From IMG/VR virus record IMGVR_UViG_3300020044_010916, positions 1 through 39,250 of that record: a DNA stretch of 39,250 bases; one strand, 5' to 3'. The notes beneath the pieces were generated by a model that was not told the DNA's origin, did not search any database, and worked only from the letters and a program-made list of their open reading frames with translations. Every line of letters begins with the position of its first letter. Positions within the stretch are counted from its first letter, which is position 1. Below, one piece after another: positions 7,926 to 17,026 of the stretch. Made by a program: the position numbers and the translations under genes. The stretch comes from a virus (lineage: Duplodnaviria > Caudoviricetes).

Positions 7926-10337
7926 TTAAATGTATTTAATAAGCAATCTGTAGTAAGCAATTACGCCTGTATTATGGATATATACATTCGTAGAGTCAAA
8001 TAGCTCTCTGGTGGTAGAACCAGTTCCGAACCTCACATCATTCGCAACAGCTACCGCTCCCCCTCCGGTGATTTCGTAGTTAGTTCCAGAGTAAGACGAT
8101 GAGTAACTCCAGATTCCAGTCACAGAAATGATGTTTGTAGAGGTGAGACCGTGAGCCACGTTTGTTGTTGTTGCTGCCGAAGCGGTTCCACTCAATACTT
8201 TCCATTTAATTCTGTGGGAACTTCCGAGGTAATCCGTGGAAATCCCGCCACCAAAGTCTGTGTTTCCATTTCCGTACACTATGAGTGGTTGGGCTTCTCC
8301 TGAGCGAGCTAAGTTTGCGCCTCCTGTTTGAGTAGTTGTATTAAACATAAGCGTCATAATTGGATTTGTTGCTGCACTTCTTCTCGCTAGTTCAAGGATT
8401 GAGTAGCCTGTGTTACCTGATATTGCACGGAAGTTTCCAACATTATCATAGTAGTTATTTGTTCCTAGGAAGATGAAGTCGGTTGAACCTAAGCTTCCTG
8501 AACTTCCGGAATCGGTATTGGTGATGACTGCTGCACCCCGGAACCAGTGGTAGGCATCTCCAATGCTTGATCCACCGAATCGCCAAGCGCGAGATGTTTC
8601 AATTGAACCCGCAGATGCAGCTGCTCCATCGACTGAGAAGTGTAGTGGTTGAGATAATGAGTATAAATGTGGCCTAGTATTTGCATGATCGTAATACATC
8701 CCGATTCGAGTCACAGAGGCTTGCGCCACCGCAAATCCGGGCGATCGTAGAGCTGCCGAATTGACAAGGCCCAGGTCTCCGTTGAGGGTCTGAACACCCG
8801 TAAATGAAACGGGGCCGATATTAAATGCACCTGCTGAACTCCAAGAGCCGACTTCCGCCCCTGCGGCTGCAAAGCCCACGCTGTCGGCTGCTTTACTGAA
8901 GAGACCTGTATTTGTGTCTCCCGAAAAAGCGATGCTTGGAGTGCCTGCGGAACCGGCTGCGGCCCTGAATTGGCCTGCCACGGTGAGCACACTGTTTGCA
9001 ACAATAGAGCTTGAGAATGTCGCTGTGTCAGAAACGAGCAGAGTCGAGCTAAGAGTTGCCGCGCCAGTGACTCCAAGGGTCGTGCTAAATGATGCTGAGG
9101 TCCCGGTAAGAGCCCCCGTGACTCCAAGGGTCGTAGTGATTGACACTGAATTGAGCGTTGCCAATTCAGATGACGCGAGCGTTGTAAACGAGCCCGAAGC
9201 GCCGCTTATCGGCGTACTTGCGATAGTTCCACCGATGATCGTCGGAGTGTTGATTGCGGGGGATGTCAGCGTTTTTGACGTCAACGTCTGAGTTGCTGCG
9301 ACTCCCACAAACGTGTCAGAGACGTTGGGGAGGGTCCATTGCCGATCTGCTGACGCTGTGCTGATAATTTCGCTCGAAAAAGCCGCACTACCCGGAGTCA
9401 GGCGAATTGTTCCCGCTGCGGCAGGAGCGAGAAATTCCCAGCTCGATCGCGAGTTCCCAACTTTAACGTAACCAGTCGCAACAGAGTTTTCTTCAACTTC
9501 AATGCCTGAGGCATTGCCAGAGGCTGCAGCTCCACCCTTATTTAACGTGATAATCTTGTCTGTTACCTTGAGGTCCGTTACATCAACCCATGCCAAAGTT
9601 CCGGCAATATAAACAGTGTCCCCAGCTCCACCGATGTTGATATTCTGTGTAGTGCCACCTGTCCCGATGTTGATGATTGCGGCATTTACTGTCCCGATGC
9701 TCAACGTATCAAGTGCTGTCGAGACATCAATTCGAGTCCCAGGCCCCGCAAGAATATTGCCGTTGCATACAATCGAGCTGGCAAATGTTGCGGTATCAGC
9801 TACGGCGAGCGCTTTTGTTACGTTAAGGCCACCTTCGATGTCATGAACTTGCACCCCACCACTCGCGCCGAGTGTGAATTTTCCTAGTGCGCTCCACTGC
9901 CCAACGAATACGCCCCCAGCGACAAAACCCACGCTGTTTGCAGAATTTAGGAAAAAACCCGTGTCGGTGTCGGTGGTCCAAGAGATCGAGGGAAGGAGGA
10001 TGGTCCCATCTGAGACGCGCAATTTATTGGCGACCTGAAGCACAGCCCCATTCACGTACATACTGCTTGCTGCGGTTACATCATCCGTCACGCCAAGTGT
10101 TCCACCGATTGTTACAGCTCCGGAAAAAGCCCCCGTCGTTGCTGTAATCGCCCCGCTCGCAAGGGTGCCAATACCCGAAATGTTGTTGGAGTCATCAACC
10201 ACAATCCCGGAGCCCTGCGCACGCTTTCCGCTCGTTCCATCAAATCTTACTAACGTATTATCCGTCGAAGAAGCGGGCCCATCCATATCACCCGTGAGGT
10301 AAAGTGAGCCCTTAAAAGGGTCGAATTTCCAGTACAT
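7926..10337 (-). CDS. Tail fibre / receptor-binding protein
   Basis: 803 aa G/S/T/A-rich; GPASSTDNTLVRFDGTSG, PSIAFSGDTNTGLF, DKIITLNKGG and TTLGVTGA fibre-type motifs. Confidence 0.85.
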   Translation of the reverse strand: MYWKFDPFKGSLYLTGDMDGPASSTDNTLVRFDGTSGKRAQGSGIVVDDSNNISGIGTLASGAITATTGAFSGAVTIGGTLGVTDDVTAASSMYVNGAVLQVANKLRVSDGTILLPSISWTTDTDTGFFLNSANSVGFVAGGVFVGQWSALGKFTLGASGGVQVHDIEGGLNVTKALAVADTATFASSIVCNGNILAGPGTRIDVSTALDTLSIGTVNAAIINIGTGGTTQNINIGGAGDTVYIAGTLAWVDVTDLKVTDKIITLNKGGAAASGNASGIEVEENSVATGYVKVGNSRSSWEFLAPAAAGTIRLTPGSAAFSSEIISTASADRQWTLPNVSDTFVGVAATQTLTSKTLTSPAINTPTIIGGTIASTPISGASGSFTTLASSELATLNSVSITTTLGVTGALTGTSASFSTTLGVTGAATLSSTLLVSDTATFSSSIVANSVLTVAGQFRAAAGSAGTPSIAFSGDTNTGLFSKAADSVGFAAAGAEVGSWSSAGAFNIGPVSFTGVQTLNGDLGLVNSAALRSPGFAVAQASVTRIGMYYDHANTRPHLYSLSQPLHFSVDGAAASAGSIETSRAWRFGGSSIGDAYHWFRGAAVITNTDSGSSGSLGSTDFIFLGTNNYYDNVGNFRAISGNTGYSILELARRSAATNPIMTLMFNTTTQTGGANLARSGEAQPLIVYGNGNTDFGGGISTDYLGSSHRIKWKVLSGTASAATTTNVAHGLTSTNIISVTGIWSYSSSYSGTNYEITGGGAVAVANDVRFGTGSTTRELFDSTNVYIHNTGVIAYYRLLIKYI

Positions 10338-10338
10338 T

Positions 10339-10839
10339 TTACGTCCTTGTTACTGTACTTATTTGCACCTTTGTAGAGTCCACATACGCAATTGCAACCG
10401 TTGCAACCGTCGCCCCTCCAGAGCCTCCGACTTTATAAACGTAAGTTTCCGTTGTTGCCGTTGGATAACTCACAGAAATATAGTCGTAGCGCGGAACGCC
10501 CATCAAATTTATTGCCTCCGCCGAGTCCATGGCAGAAGCATCATTTGCAGCAGATTTTCGAAATGCTGTACGGGTAAAGGTCTTGTAACCCGTGGCACCT
10601 GCGGTATCCACCACATCGGGAGATCCAATAACTGCGGCCTGTCTTGGAACGGTTGAAGGGTCCCCAAGCCCTAGCGTTGTTGAACCACCCGTTGCATTGA
10701 CCGGAAGCTGCCCCGTGAATTGGTCGACTTCAAGGACATAAATTTCATCATCGGAACCCTTGGCGCACAAGAGAATGATTGGCCCGACTTTTCCGCGTGC
10801 AAAGTTATTCGTAAACGTCTTGACTGGTTGTAGTGCCAT
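10339..10839 (-). CDS. Tail-associated structural protein
   Basis: C-terminal YDYISVSYPTATTETYVYKVGGSGGATVAT motif; directly upstream of the tail fibre. Confidence 0.65.
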   Translation of the reverse strand: MALQPVKTFTNNFARGKVGPIILLCAKGSDDEIYVLEVDQFTGQLPVNATGGSTTLGLGDPSTVPRQAAVIGSPDVVDTAGATGYKTFTRTAFRKSAANDASAMDSAEAINLMGVPRYDYISVSYPTATTETYVYKVGGSGGATVATVAIAYVDSTKVQISTVTRT

Positions 10840-10842
10840 GAT

Positions 10843-11328
10843 TTACCCCGAAATTTCGTATTTGCGGGCACATCCAGACGCTACAATGGAGACGATAACG
10901 GTTGCAGCATCTGCCGCGATGGCTGTGTTAACGAAGCGCCCAGCAAGCCCCCACATGACAGGAACGCGTTGCTTAAAGCTCTTGTTGGTTGTACCTGAGT
11001 CACCTTTAAATGCCTGTTTCCAAATCAGACGCGCCTTAAATTTTGCTTGTTGTGCAACGAGATATGTGTTGGTGATAGCTGTTCCGGTGTTGGTATTGTC
11101 ACTTCCACCTTCAGGAAGTCCGCCAATATCCCACAGTTCAAATTCCCCTCCATCTGTTGATGCGGGCATGATATCGCAGAAATAGAGCACGCCTTCGGTA
11201 GACTGGCGTACCTGAGTTCCCATTGTGGTTGCACCACTCCCAGCGGTACAAAACGAAGGGTAGAGCTGCACAAGGTTACCCGTAGCCGAGGCTACGTTTG
11301 TGAGCGTCAAAGGGCTCCATGGTTGCAT
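10843..11328 (-). CDS. Small beta-rich putative virion protein
   Basis: 161 aa T/G/A-rich; GGGAGA SD. Confidence 0.6.
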   Translation of the reverse strand: MQPWSPLTLTNVASATGNLVQLYPSFCTAGSGATTMGTQVRQSTEGVLYFCDIMPASTDGGEFELWDIGGLPEGGSDNTNTGTAITNTYLVAQQAKFKARLIWKQAFKGDSGTTNKSFKQRVPVMWGLAGRFVNTAIAADAATVIVSIVASGCARKYEISG

Positions 11329-11340
11329 AACTTGTCTCCC

Positions 11341-11376
11341 AACAACATCCTGTTGTTAAATTGCGCATCCTTGCGC
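11341..11376 (-). promoter_or_regulatory. Tandem GGA-loop hairpins (CsrA/RsmA-type sites)
   Basis: GCGCA-AGGA-TGCGC and AACAACA-GGA-TGTTGTT immediately 5' of the SD. Confidence 0.65.
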
Positions 11377-11386
11377 GTGGAAAATC

Positions 11387-11620
11387 TTATCGTTTCGTTA
11401 ATCGAAAATACTTTTCAAGCTCGTCATCTTCTGCCGCTGCAAGGGGACTCTCACCGAATAAAGCCTTTAATCCAGGTTTTTTCATTTTGAGTCCATATGA
11501 TTTCAGATGAGGTACTTCCTCACCTTCATCTGCCTTGATTCCGCTCGCCAAAGCTTCAAGCTTTGCCCGTTTCTCCTCAGAAAGCCTTGCTAAATTAAAT
11601 GCCCCAGTCGCTACCCGCAT
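11387..11620 (-). CDS. Small charged protein
   Basis: Start MRVATGAF with GGGGAG SD; 77 aa. Confidence 0.6.
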   Translation of the reverse strand: MRVATGAFNLARLSEEKRAKLEALASGIKADEGEEVPHLKSYGLKMKKPGLKALFGESPLAAAEDDELEKYFRLTKR

Positions 11621-12092
11621 CTCCGTACTCCCCGCTGTCCTCATCGATGCCGGTATCGGCCTCGTGTTCCCATTCGCGCTTCTTTTTAGCTTGTCCGGCA
11701 AGCTCAGGCACTTTGACAGTAAACGGATCATGCGTTCCGGGCTTAAGGTTTGCCTCACGCTCCCTCGCGACCTTCTCTCCCTGGCCCGGAGGAGGGCCAC
11801 GCTTCACCGAAGGGTCGACAGTCATTTTCGGGGTGCGGCCCAAGCGCAGGTCGCTGTTACCTTGTTGAGGCGCCGGGTTTTTACTCTCTGGCCCCACGAG
11901 TGGCCCGGATGGCTCCATGCGTTTCGAGAGGCTTTTTTTGAATCCCTCCCAATCCGTGACCCCCGTGTAAGTATCAGGGAGGGAGTTGACGATCTCAAAA
12001 AGTTTGCCCGTGTCCACGTTTTGAACAACGGTCATCAGGGTCTGTCTGTCGCTGCTAGAGAGCCACATCTTAGGGTCGTTTATTAGCGTCAT
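11595..12092 (-). CDS. Hypothetical low-complexity protein after portal
   Basis: 165 aa, ATGA overlap with portal, GGAGG SD. Confidence 0.7.
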   Translation of the reverse strand: MTLINDPKMWLSSSDRQTLMTVVQNVDTGKLFEIVNSLPDTYTGVTDWEGFKKSLSKRMEPSGPLVGPESKNPAPQQGNSDLRLGRTPKMTVDPSVKRGPPPGQGEKVAREREANLKPGTHDPFTVKVPELAGQAKKKREWEHEADTGIDEDSGEYGDAGSDWGI

Positions 12093-14551
12093 ACCTGAAT
12101 GCCTCCCCCTCCTTGTGTTGGACTTCTGCGGCCCTGCTGCGTGTTTGCAGCCGGAGCGTTGGGATCTTGCGATCTGGCCCCAGGCTCACCTGGTGGCTTG
12201 GGTTGCGTTGGAGCTGCTGGACGTTGCCCCACGGGTGCCCCTTGCGGCTGTGCCTGTGGTGGTTGCTGCGCCTGCATTTGCTGTTTTTGTTGCTGCTTTT
12301 GTGCCTGCTCTTGGTAAACCTGCTGCACCGGCTTTGTGGGCTGGTTTTGCGTCATGCTGCTTTGTTGCGCGGCTGTTTGAGTGGTCCCAATGGGAACTTG
12401 GCCTTGTTTTTCCTTGTACTGGATGCTGTGCTTGTTCTGGTGACGAGTATAAATCAACAATAGAGTCGGGTTTTTCTGCAATTCAGAAGCGTTTTGCAGA
12501 GCCCATTCCTCATGATCCGCCATATGGATCAGGTCATCGTCTTCCTTCATCACTTCCGGCTGATTGAGCCCTCTCGCATCCTCGCCCAAACGTAACATGT
12601 CGGCAAAGACTTCATTCTCCTTGGCAGCCCTGTCCGTGTGGACCATGCGAGGGTCCCGAATAGCGTCGGCATCGAAGAATTTAAGGTACGCATCGAGCGT
12701 CTTTGGATGGTTCAAAAGGTTTGCTATTGCTGGATTACTCTTCACTAAATCCGAAATGGTGGCCTGCGCTGTGGCTTTGGATTTGTACGCCATACTGGAT
12801 TCATCGATTTTAACATCCACCCCATAATCGAGTGGAGTAGACAGGAATGAGATGACATCTTGCGTATCAAATTCCCCTGCCGCGTTGCGCATCAAAAAGC
12901 CCATCACTTCAGGGTTAGGCTCTTTCAAATTCGCTTTTAAGCAATAGATAAGCTTCTCCCCAGCACTTGCAACCCCTTGAGAAAAGTTCTTTCTTGGTGG
13001 GGTTAATCTCTTTTCCTCTCGTTCCTGTTGCTGTCTGAGGGCATACCCGGCTGATATCCCCTTGGAACGCTCTCCGCGCAGGGCTTCACCGGCTCCAGAG
13101 ACTTCGTAAACGTCATCTTTATCTTGCTGTCGGAGTTGGTTGATGACGGGGGGAATGGGCTGCTCGTCATGCAGATATCGGGCACTTGTGAGGGGGTCTG
13201 TGACTTCGATAATTTGCCCAGGAGTACCGGTAAACTTCTGAGCGTCAAGGCCACTGCCTTGCTTAATAAGTAATTGCGAGCCCATGTTCCGAAGAGTGGC
13301 AGTAAAGATGAGAGAATCTTTTGCATTTAACTCCTTGTTTTTTGATACAACATCGTTGATAGGAGCAGACGACATCGAAGAAGGGGCGATGTTAAGCCAA
13401 TTGACTTCAACGAAGGGATGCCAGCCGTCAAGCTTGTTTGTTTGATATGTGGGCTCTGTTACGTGTGTACAAAGTCCATTTGCCACAACGGTTTTTCGCC
13501 CTAAAGGCCATAAATCCGGATTGGGTTTGTCGTAGTGCTCAATGACCAAGACCTTGTGTTTAAAGAGATTTGAACTCAAGGGATTCTCGGCCCTGTTCAT
13601 GCTGTCAGACACCATTTGCGGCGTAATGAAGGCCATTCTCATGAAATGCTTGAAGGCAAAACGAAACAAATCGGCATTCATGCTTCCAGGCTTTACGGCC
13701 ATAAAGTTGCCGGTTTTGCCGCCCAAATGCTTGTACTCTTGGATAAAATCATCGTAATCCATGAGCCTAATTTGCTCGATCCACTTGGCTTTGTGCATGC
13801 CAGGGCTTCCGGGTTCGCGCCGGTACTCAAACGGTGTGAGCACGTCGAAAGACACGTCTCCGGTGAATTCGCTCTTGTATTTCTGCTTCCCTTGTTCGTC
13901 TAAGACAGGCACCCATTGCGTATCAGTCATCGGCTCACCGTTGGAATTCAAGCTGTCTACAGGAGCTTCCAGGGGTCCGAAGGGTCCGTTTTCTTCCATG
14001 CCGGTAGTTTGCAGTGTTACCTTTTGCTGCTCCATCATCGGGACTTTACGAATGCGTCCCGCGTTCTTTTTCCAATCGACTTTAAAGGCTAATTGACCGT
14101 ATGTGACGTACACATAGGATGCCATTTTAAGCTCTTGGTCCATGCAAAGCCGTTGCATGTAGCAATCGAGAATCTTTTGACAGAGGACTTTATAGCGTTT
14201 GCCCTGCGTACTGGATTCATCCATCGCCTGCGCATCCCAGGTGGGCAAATCGGAGTAAATAAGCGATGCCAGGGCTTCCACGACGACCCTGGTAATGTTG
14301 GTCTGCGACCTTCGCGAAATGGTGGGATTGCGCGAAAGAAAATCCACATCCACAGCAAATCCATATCGCCTTGACCAACGCAGGTTGTGATTCCCGTAAA
14401 CAAACTGTTGATTTTCGAACCACTTCTGCGCCCACGAGTTGTAGTATCTCTCGTGTTCAAGCATGAAATTGGTGATGACTGCGCCAAGTTCTTTTGTTTC
14501 TCTTACGCACCATGGGAGATGTTGCATGGTCTGCATGTTAGCCCAATACAT
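12089..14551 (-). CDS. Portal protein
   Basis: 820 aa; W-x-E-N-x-x-F-x-x-G-N-H start, TNITRVVVE, NMGSQLLI, DDVYEVSG, DDDLIHMADH motifs, Q/P-rich tail. Confidence 0.85.
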   Translation of the reverse strand: MYWANMQTMQHLPWCVRETKELGAVITNFMLEHERYYNSWAQKWFENQQFVYGNHNLRWSRRYGFAVDVDFLSRNPTISRRSQTNITRVVVEALASLIYSDLPTWDAQAMDESSTQGKRYKVLCQKILDCYMQRLCMDQELKMASYVYVTYGQLAFKVDWKKNAGRIRKVPMMEQQKVTLQTTGMEENGPFGPLEAPVDSLNSNGEPMTDTQWVPVLDEQGKQKYKSEFTGDVSFDVLTPFEYRREPGSPGMHKAKWIEQIRLMDYDDFIQEYKHLGGKTGNFMAVKPGSMNADLFRFAFKHFMRMAFITPQMVSDSMNRAENPLSSNLFKHKVLVIEHYDKPNPDLWPLGRKTVVANGLCTHVTEPTYQTNKLDGWHPFVEVNWLNIAPSSMSSAPINDVVSKNKELNAKDSLIFTATLRNMGSQLLIKQGSGLDAQKFTGTPGQIIEVTDPLTSARYLHDEQPIPPVINQLRQQDKDDVYEVSGAGEALRGERSKGISAGYALRQQQEREEKRLTPPRKNFSQGVASAGEKLIYCLKANLKEPNPEVMGFLMRNAAGEFDTQDVISFLSTPLDYGVDVKIDESSMAYKSKATAQATISDLVKSNPAIANLLNHPKTLDAYLKFFDADAIRDPRMVHTDRAAKENEVFADMLRLGEDARGLNQPEVMKEDDDLIHMADHEEWALQNASELQKNPTLLLIYTRHQNKHSIQYKEKQGQVPIGTTQTAAQQSSMTQNQPTKPVQQVYQEQAQKQQQKQQMQAQQPPQAQPQGAPVGQRPAAPTQPKPPGEPGARSQDPNAPAANTQQGRRSPTQGGGGIQV

Positions 14552-14768
14552 GATCCACCTCGTCCCTGTGAATGCCCTTTAAATAGACATCAAAGCGGTC
14601 TTCGAGTTCTTCAGTCAGGAAGTCCGTTTGAGGCTCTGGCTTTTTGGAAACGGTTTCCACGGGGTCATCAATCTGGCTCGCGATCGCGATCATCGTGCGC
14701 AAAGAGGAAAGTTGCTGCTCAATGCAAAGCACATGCTGCAACAGACAATTTTTTGTCAGTGAGTTCAT
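14538..14768 (-). CDS. Hypothetical protein upstream of portal
   Basis: 76 aa, GAGG SD. Confidence 0.65.
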   Translation of the reverse strand: MNSLTKNCLLQHVLCIEQQLSSLRTMIAIASQIDDPVETVSKKPEPQTDFLTEELEDRFDVYLKGIHRDEVDHVLG

Positions 14769-14777
14769 TGTTACCTC

Positions 14778-14804
14778 AAAAAAAAATGGCAGGTTTCCCC
14801 GCCA
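14778..14804 (-). terminator. Intrinsic terminator
   Basis: TGGCGGG-GAAA-CCTGCCA followed by T9. Confidence 0.85.
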
Positions 14805-14834
14805 CTGTAACCTTATTCTTCAGTCAATTCCAAA

Positions 14835-15275
14835 TCAGTAGGAATAGGTAACAGGAAGCTTCGAGTTCTGGAGATTAAGAACGACAGTGAGAGTCAGTGC
14901 AGTAATCCCCTCAGCCGCGTTGAAAAGAATTTCAGGGGCCAATGCTGTCCCGTTATATTTCACGAGTCCCGCGCCGATTGCCGAAGCTCCGGCTGGGGCC
15001 TTATTCTTATCGATTTCGAACGAATAAAGGTTGATTACGCTTGCAGCATTCGCAAGAATTTGAGTCCAATATGTCTTGGCCGTCGTTGCTGATGTGCCAT
15101 ATGTTACGTTTGCGATTGCTGCGGTCCAAAAGGTCCCTGCAACATCTCCAAAGTCAAGGTCCACGTCCGCGCCTGCTGCGGTAATCGTAAAGCGCACGAT
15201 TTGCACTGCGCGTTTTTGAATAGGCTCATCAATTTGCAAAGGAAACGCTTCAAACGAGGTAAGAGCAAATGCCAT
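14835..15275 (-). CDS. Putative capsid decoration / minor structural protein
   Basis: 146 aa A/T-rich beta protein, strong AAGGAG SD, followed by a terminator. Confidence 0.5.
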   Translation of the reverse strand: MAFALTSFEAFPLQIDEPIQKRAVQIVRFTITAAGADVDLDFGDVAGTFWTAAIANVTYGTSATTAKTYWTQILANAASVINLYSFEIDKNKAPAGASAIGAGLVKYNGTALAPEILFNAAEGITALTLTVVLNLQNSKLPVTYSY

Positions 15276-15286
15276 TTAGGAACTCC

Positions 15287-17017
15287 TTATTGACCGCCAT
15301 ACAGTTTTTTGGCGTTCGTTTTTTTGAAAAATGCGCGCAGTTCTTCGGGTTCATAATCTTTCGGTTTTTTGGAGACCTGATCGAGTCCCTGCCGTGCCAA
15401 GAGCCGATTTTCCCATGGGTTCGTCAAAGTCCCTAAGGTTTGCATTCCGCGCCCTGTAGCAGAGGCAAGCTTTCCGGTGTTTCGCACACCTCCCAATGCC
15501 TTTTTCGTCGCGTAATCCAGGCCGTCCTCGATGCCTTTCCCAGCCCTGCGGAAGTCATCTAAGGTTTTGCCCACGGCTTCTCCGGTCTTCCCGCCTGCCA
15601 TGGAATTTTGGGCTCTTTTTTGCGCCGCTAGAACGCTCGCAACGTCATCTGTGGCCCCCTTTGGGTTGATGTACGCTTGGCCTTCTTTGAGGAAGGCCTT
15701 CGGATTGATTTTGAACCCTATCTTCTCGCCCAGGTTGCCCATGATGTCGCGAGCTGAGGCTTTGGGTCTCACCTCCTCAGCTCCAATCATCTCCACCTTT
15801 GGCTTGGGCTTGTTGACTTTGGCCACGTTCTCGGCTGCTTTTTCCGCTGCGCTTACGATTTCGTCGGAAGGCCCACGCGGCTGCATCAAGTCGTCAGTAA
15901 ATTGAGCCGTTTTGCCGCCCCATTCGGACACTTTTTGCCGCGCAGCTTCGCCAATGCGCCCCCAGGAGCCTTGCGGCTTACTTGCCGTCATCGCTTTTGT
16001 GGTAGCGTCTCCGCCTGTTTTGTTGCCTAACCACTTGGCCCCTCTGTTGATTAATTCGGTTCCTTTTGTTGCGATGTATCCCGGTGCCTGCGCTGCAAAT
16101 GCTCCCAGCTCAAGCCCACCCGTCACGGGGGATCGGATAATCGCCCGACCAATTTGATTATCGACAACATTAGCTGCGCCTTGCGTGACGTTTCCCGCTG
16201 TTTTAAGGGCGCTTCCTGCCCCTCTCGTGGCCTGAGAGATGGCCCCTTTGGCAAAAAGTTTGGGAACAGCCCCTGCAAAGCCTCCCGTGACGCCATCGAG
16301 GGCCATGTCGAGTTTGTTTTCTCCAAGGTCTCCCACGAGGTGGTTTAGTGCCCCTTTGCCGTGCTTTTTGTCGGCGTATTCGCTTTCAAGCCTGCCAATA
16401 TCGGGGTCCAATCCGCTCGAAATCAGCTTGTTGAGGTAGTGGCCGCCTCTTCCGCCCAGAACAGCCCCAGCAGCTCCCGTAGCTGCACTTGCAATCCCTC
16501 CGCCTGCGATAGCTGCACTTGTTCCTCCAATTGCCGCGCCAATGGCTTTAAGCGCGGTTGGAGCAAGTCCAGCAAGGGTTGCTGTGGTCATCCCTTCACC
16601 CGATGTCAAAGCCATCCATTTACGCTGCTCTGGGTTGAAATAGTACCAATCCGAGCCCTTCCCCTGCACTTGTGGGTTCTGTACACCGGCTTCTTTGCTC
16701 AATTTGGACGTAATGAAGGCTTTTCGCACGTCGTCATCTTCGGGAAGTGATTCCACCCCATAGCGCCACAGAGCATTAATTCCGGACTCATCCGCGCCTT
16801 GAGGTTTGACTCCTGCGAGTTTAACGCCAACATTTTGCAGGACTTCGTTAATGGGCATGGTGTAATCGCCCTGGTCATCCGTCATAATGATATTCATGCC
16901 GTCCGGGGTCGTAGCCTTTGGGCTGTATCCCGCATTCTGCAACTGCCCCATAATGGTGTTCACATCCGTAGGGTGGCTGTTACCTTCTTTGTCGATGATT
17001 TCAAGGTCTAAAGGCAT
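15287..17017 (-). CDS. Putative DNA ejection / internal virion protein
   Basis: 576 aa G/A/K-rich with glycine-zipper segment AIGAAIGGTSAAIAGGGIASAATGAAGAVLGG. Confidence 0.65.
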   Translation of the reverse strand: MPLDLEIIDKEGNSHPTDVNTIMGQLQNAGYSPKATTPDGMNIIMTDDQGDYTMPINEVLQNVGVKLAGVKPQGADESGINALWRYGVESLPEDDDVRKAFITSKLSKEAGVQNPQVQGKGSDWYYFNPEQRKWMALTSGEGMTTATLAGLAPTALKAIGAAIGGTSAAIAGGGIASAATGAAGAVLGGRGGHYLNKLISSGLDPDIGRLESEYADKKHGKGALNHLVGDLGENKLDMALDGVTGGFAGAVPKLFAKGAISQATRGAGSALKTAGNVTQGAANVVDNQIGRAIIRSPVTGGLELGAFAAQAPGYIATKGTELINRGAKWLGNKTGGDATTKAMTASKPQGSWGRIGEAARQKVSEWGGKTAQFTDDLMQPRGPSDEIVSAAEKAAENVAKVNKPKPKVEMIGAEEVRPKASARDIMGNLGEKIGFKINPKAFLKEGQAYINPKGATDDVASVLAAQKRAQNSMAGGKTGEAVGKTLDDFRRAGKGIEDGLDYATKKALGGVRNTGKLASATGRGMQTLGTLTNPWENRLLARQGLDQVSKKPKDYEPEELRAFFKKTNAKKLYGGQ

Positions 17018-17026
17018 TGCTACTCC

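Noticed and set aside
7926-10337. Diversity-generating retroelement target in the tail fibre
   Set aside because: No reverse transcriptase and no template repeat seen; the GTGACTCCAAGGGTCGT duplicate (9068, 9118) is an ordinary TTLGVT fibre repeat
11387-11800. Programmed frameshift between the overlapping 165-aa and 137-aa ORFs
   Set aside because: An ATG at 11620 with a good SD explains the downstream gene with only a 26-nt overlap
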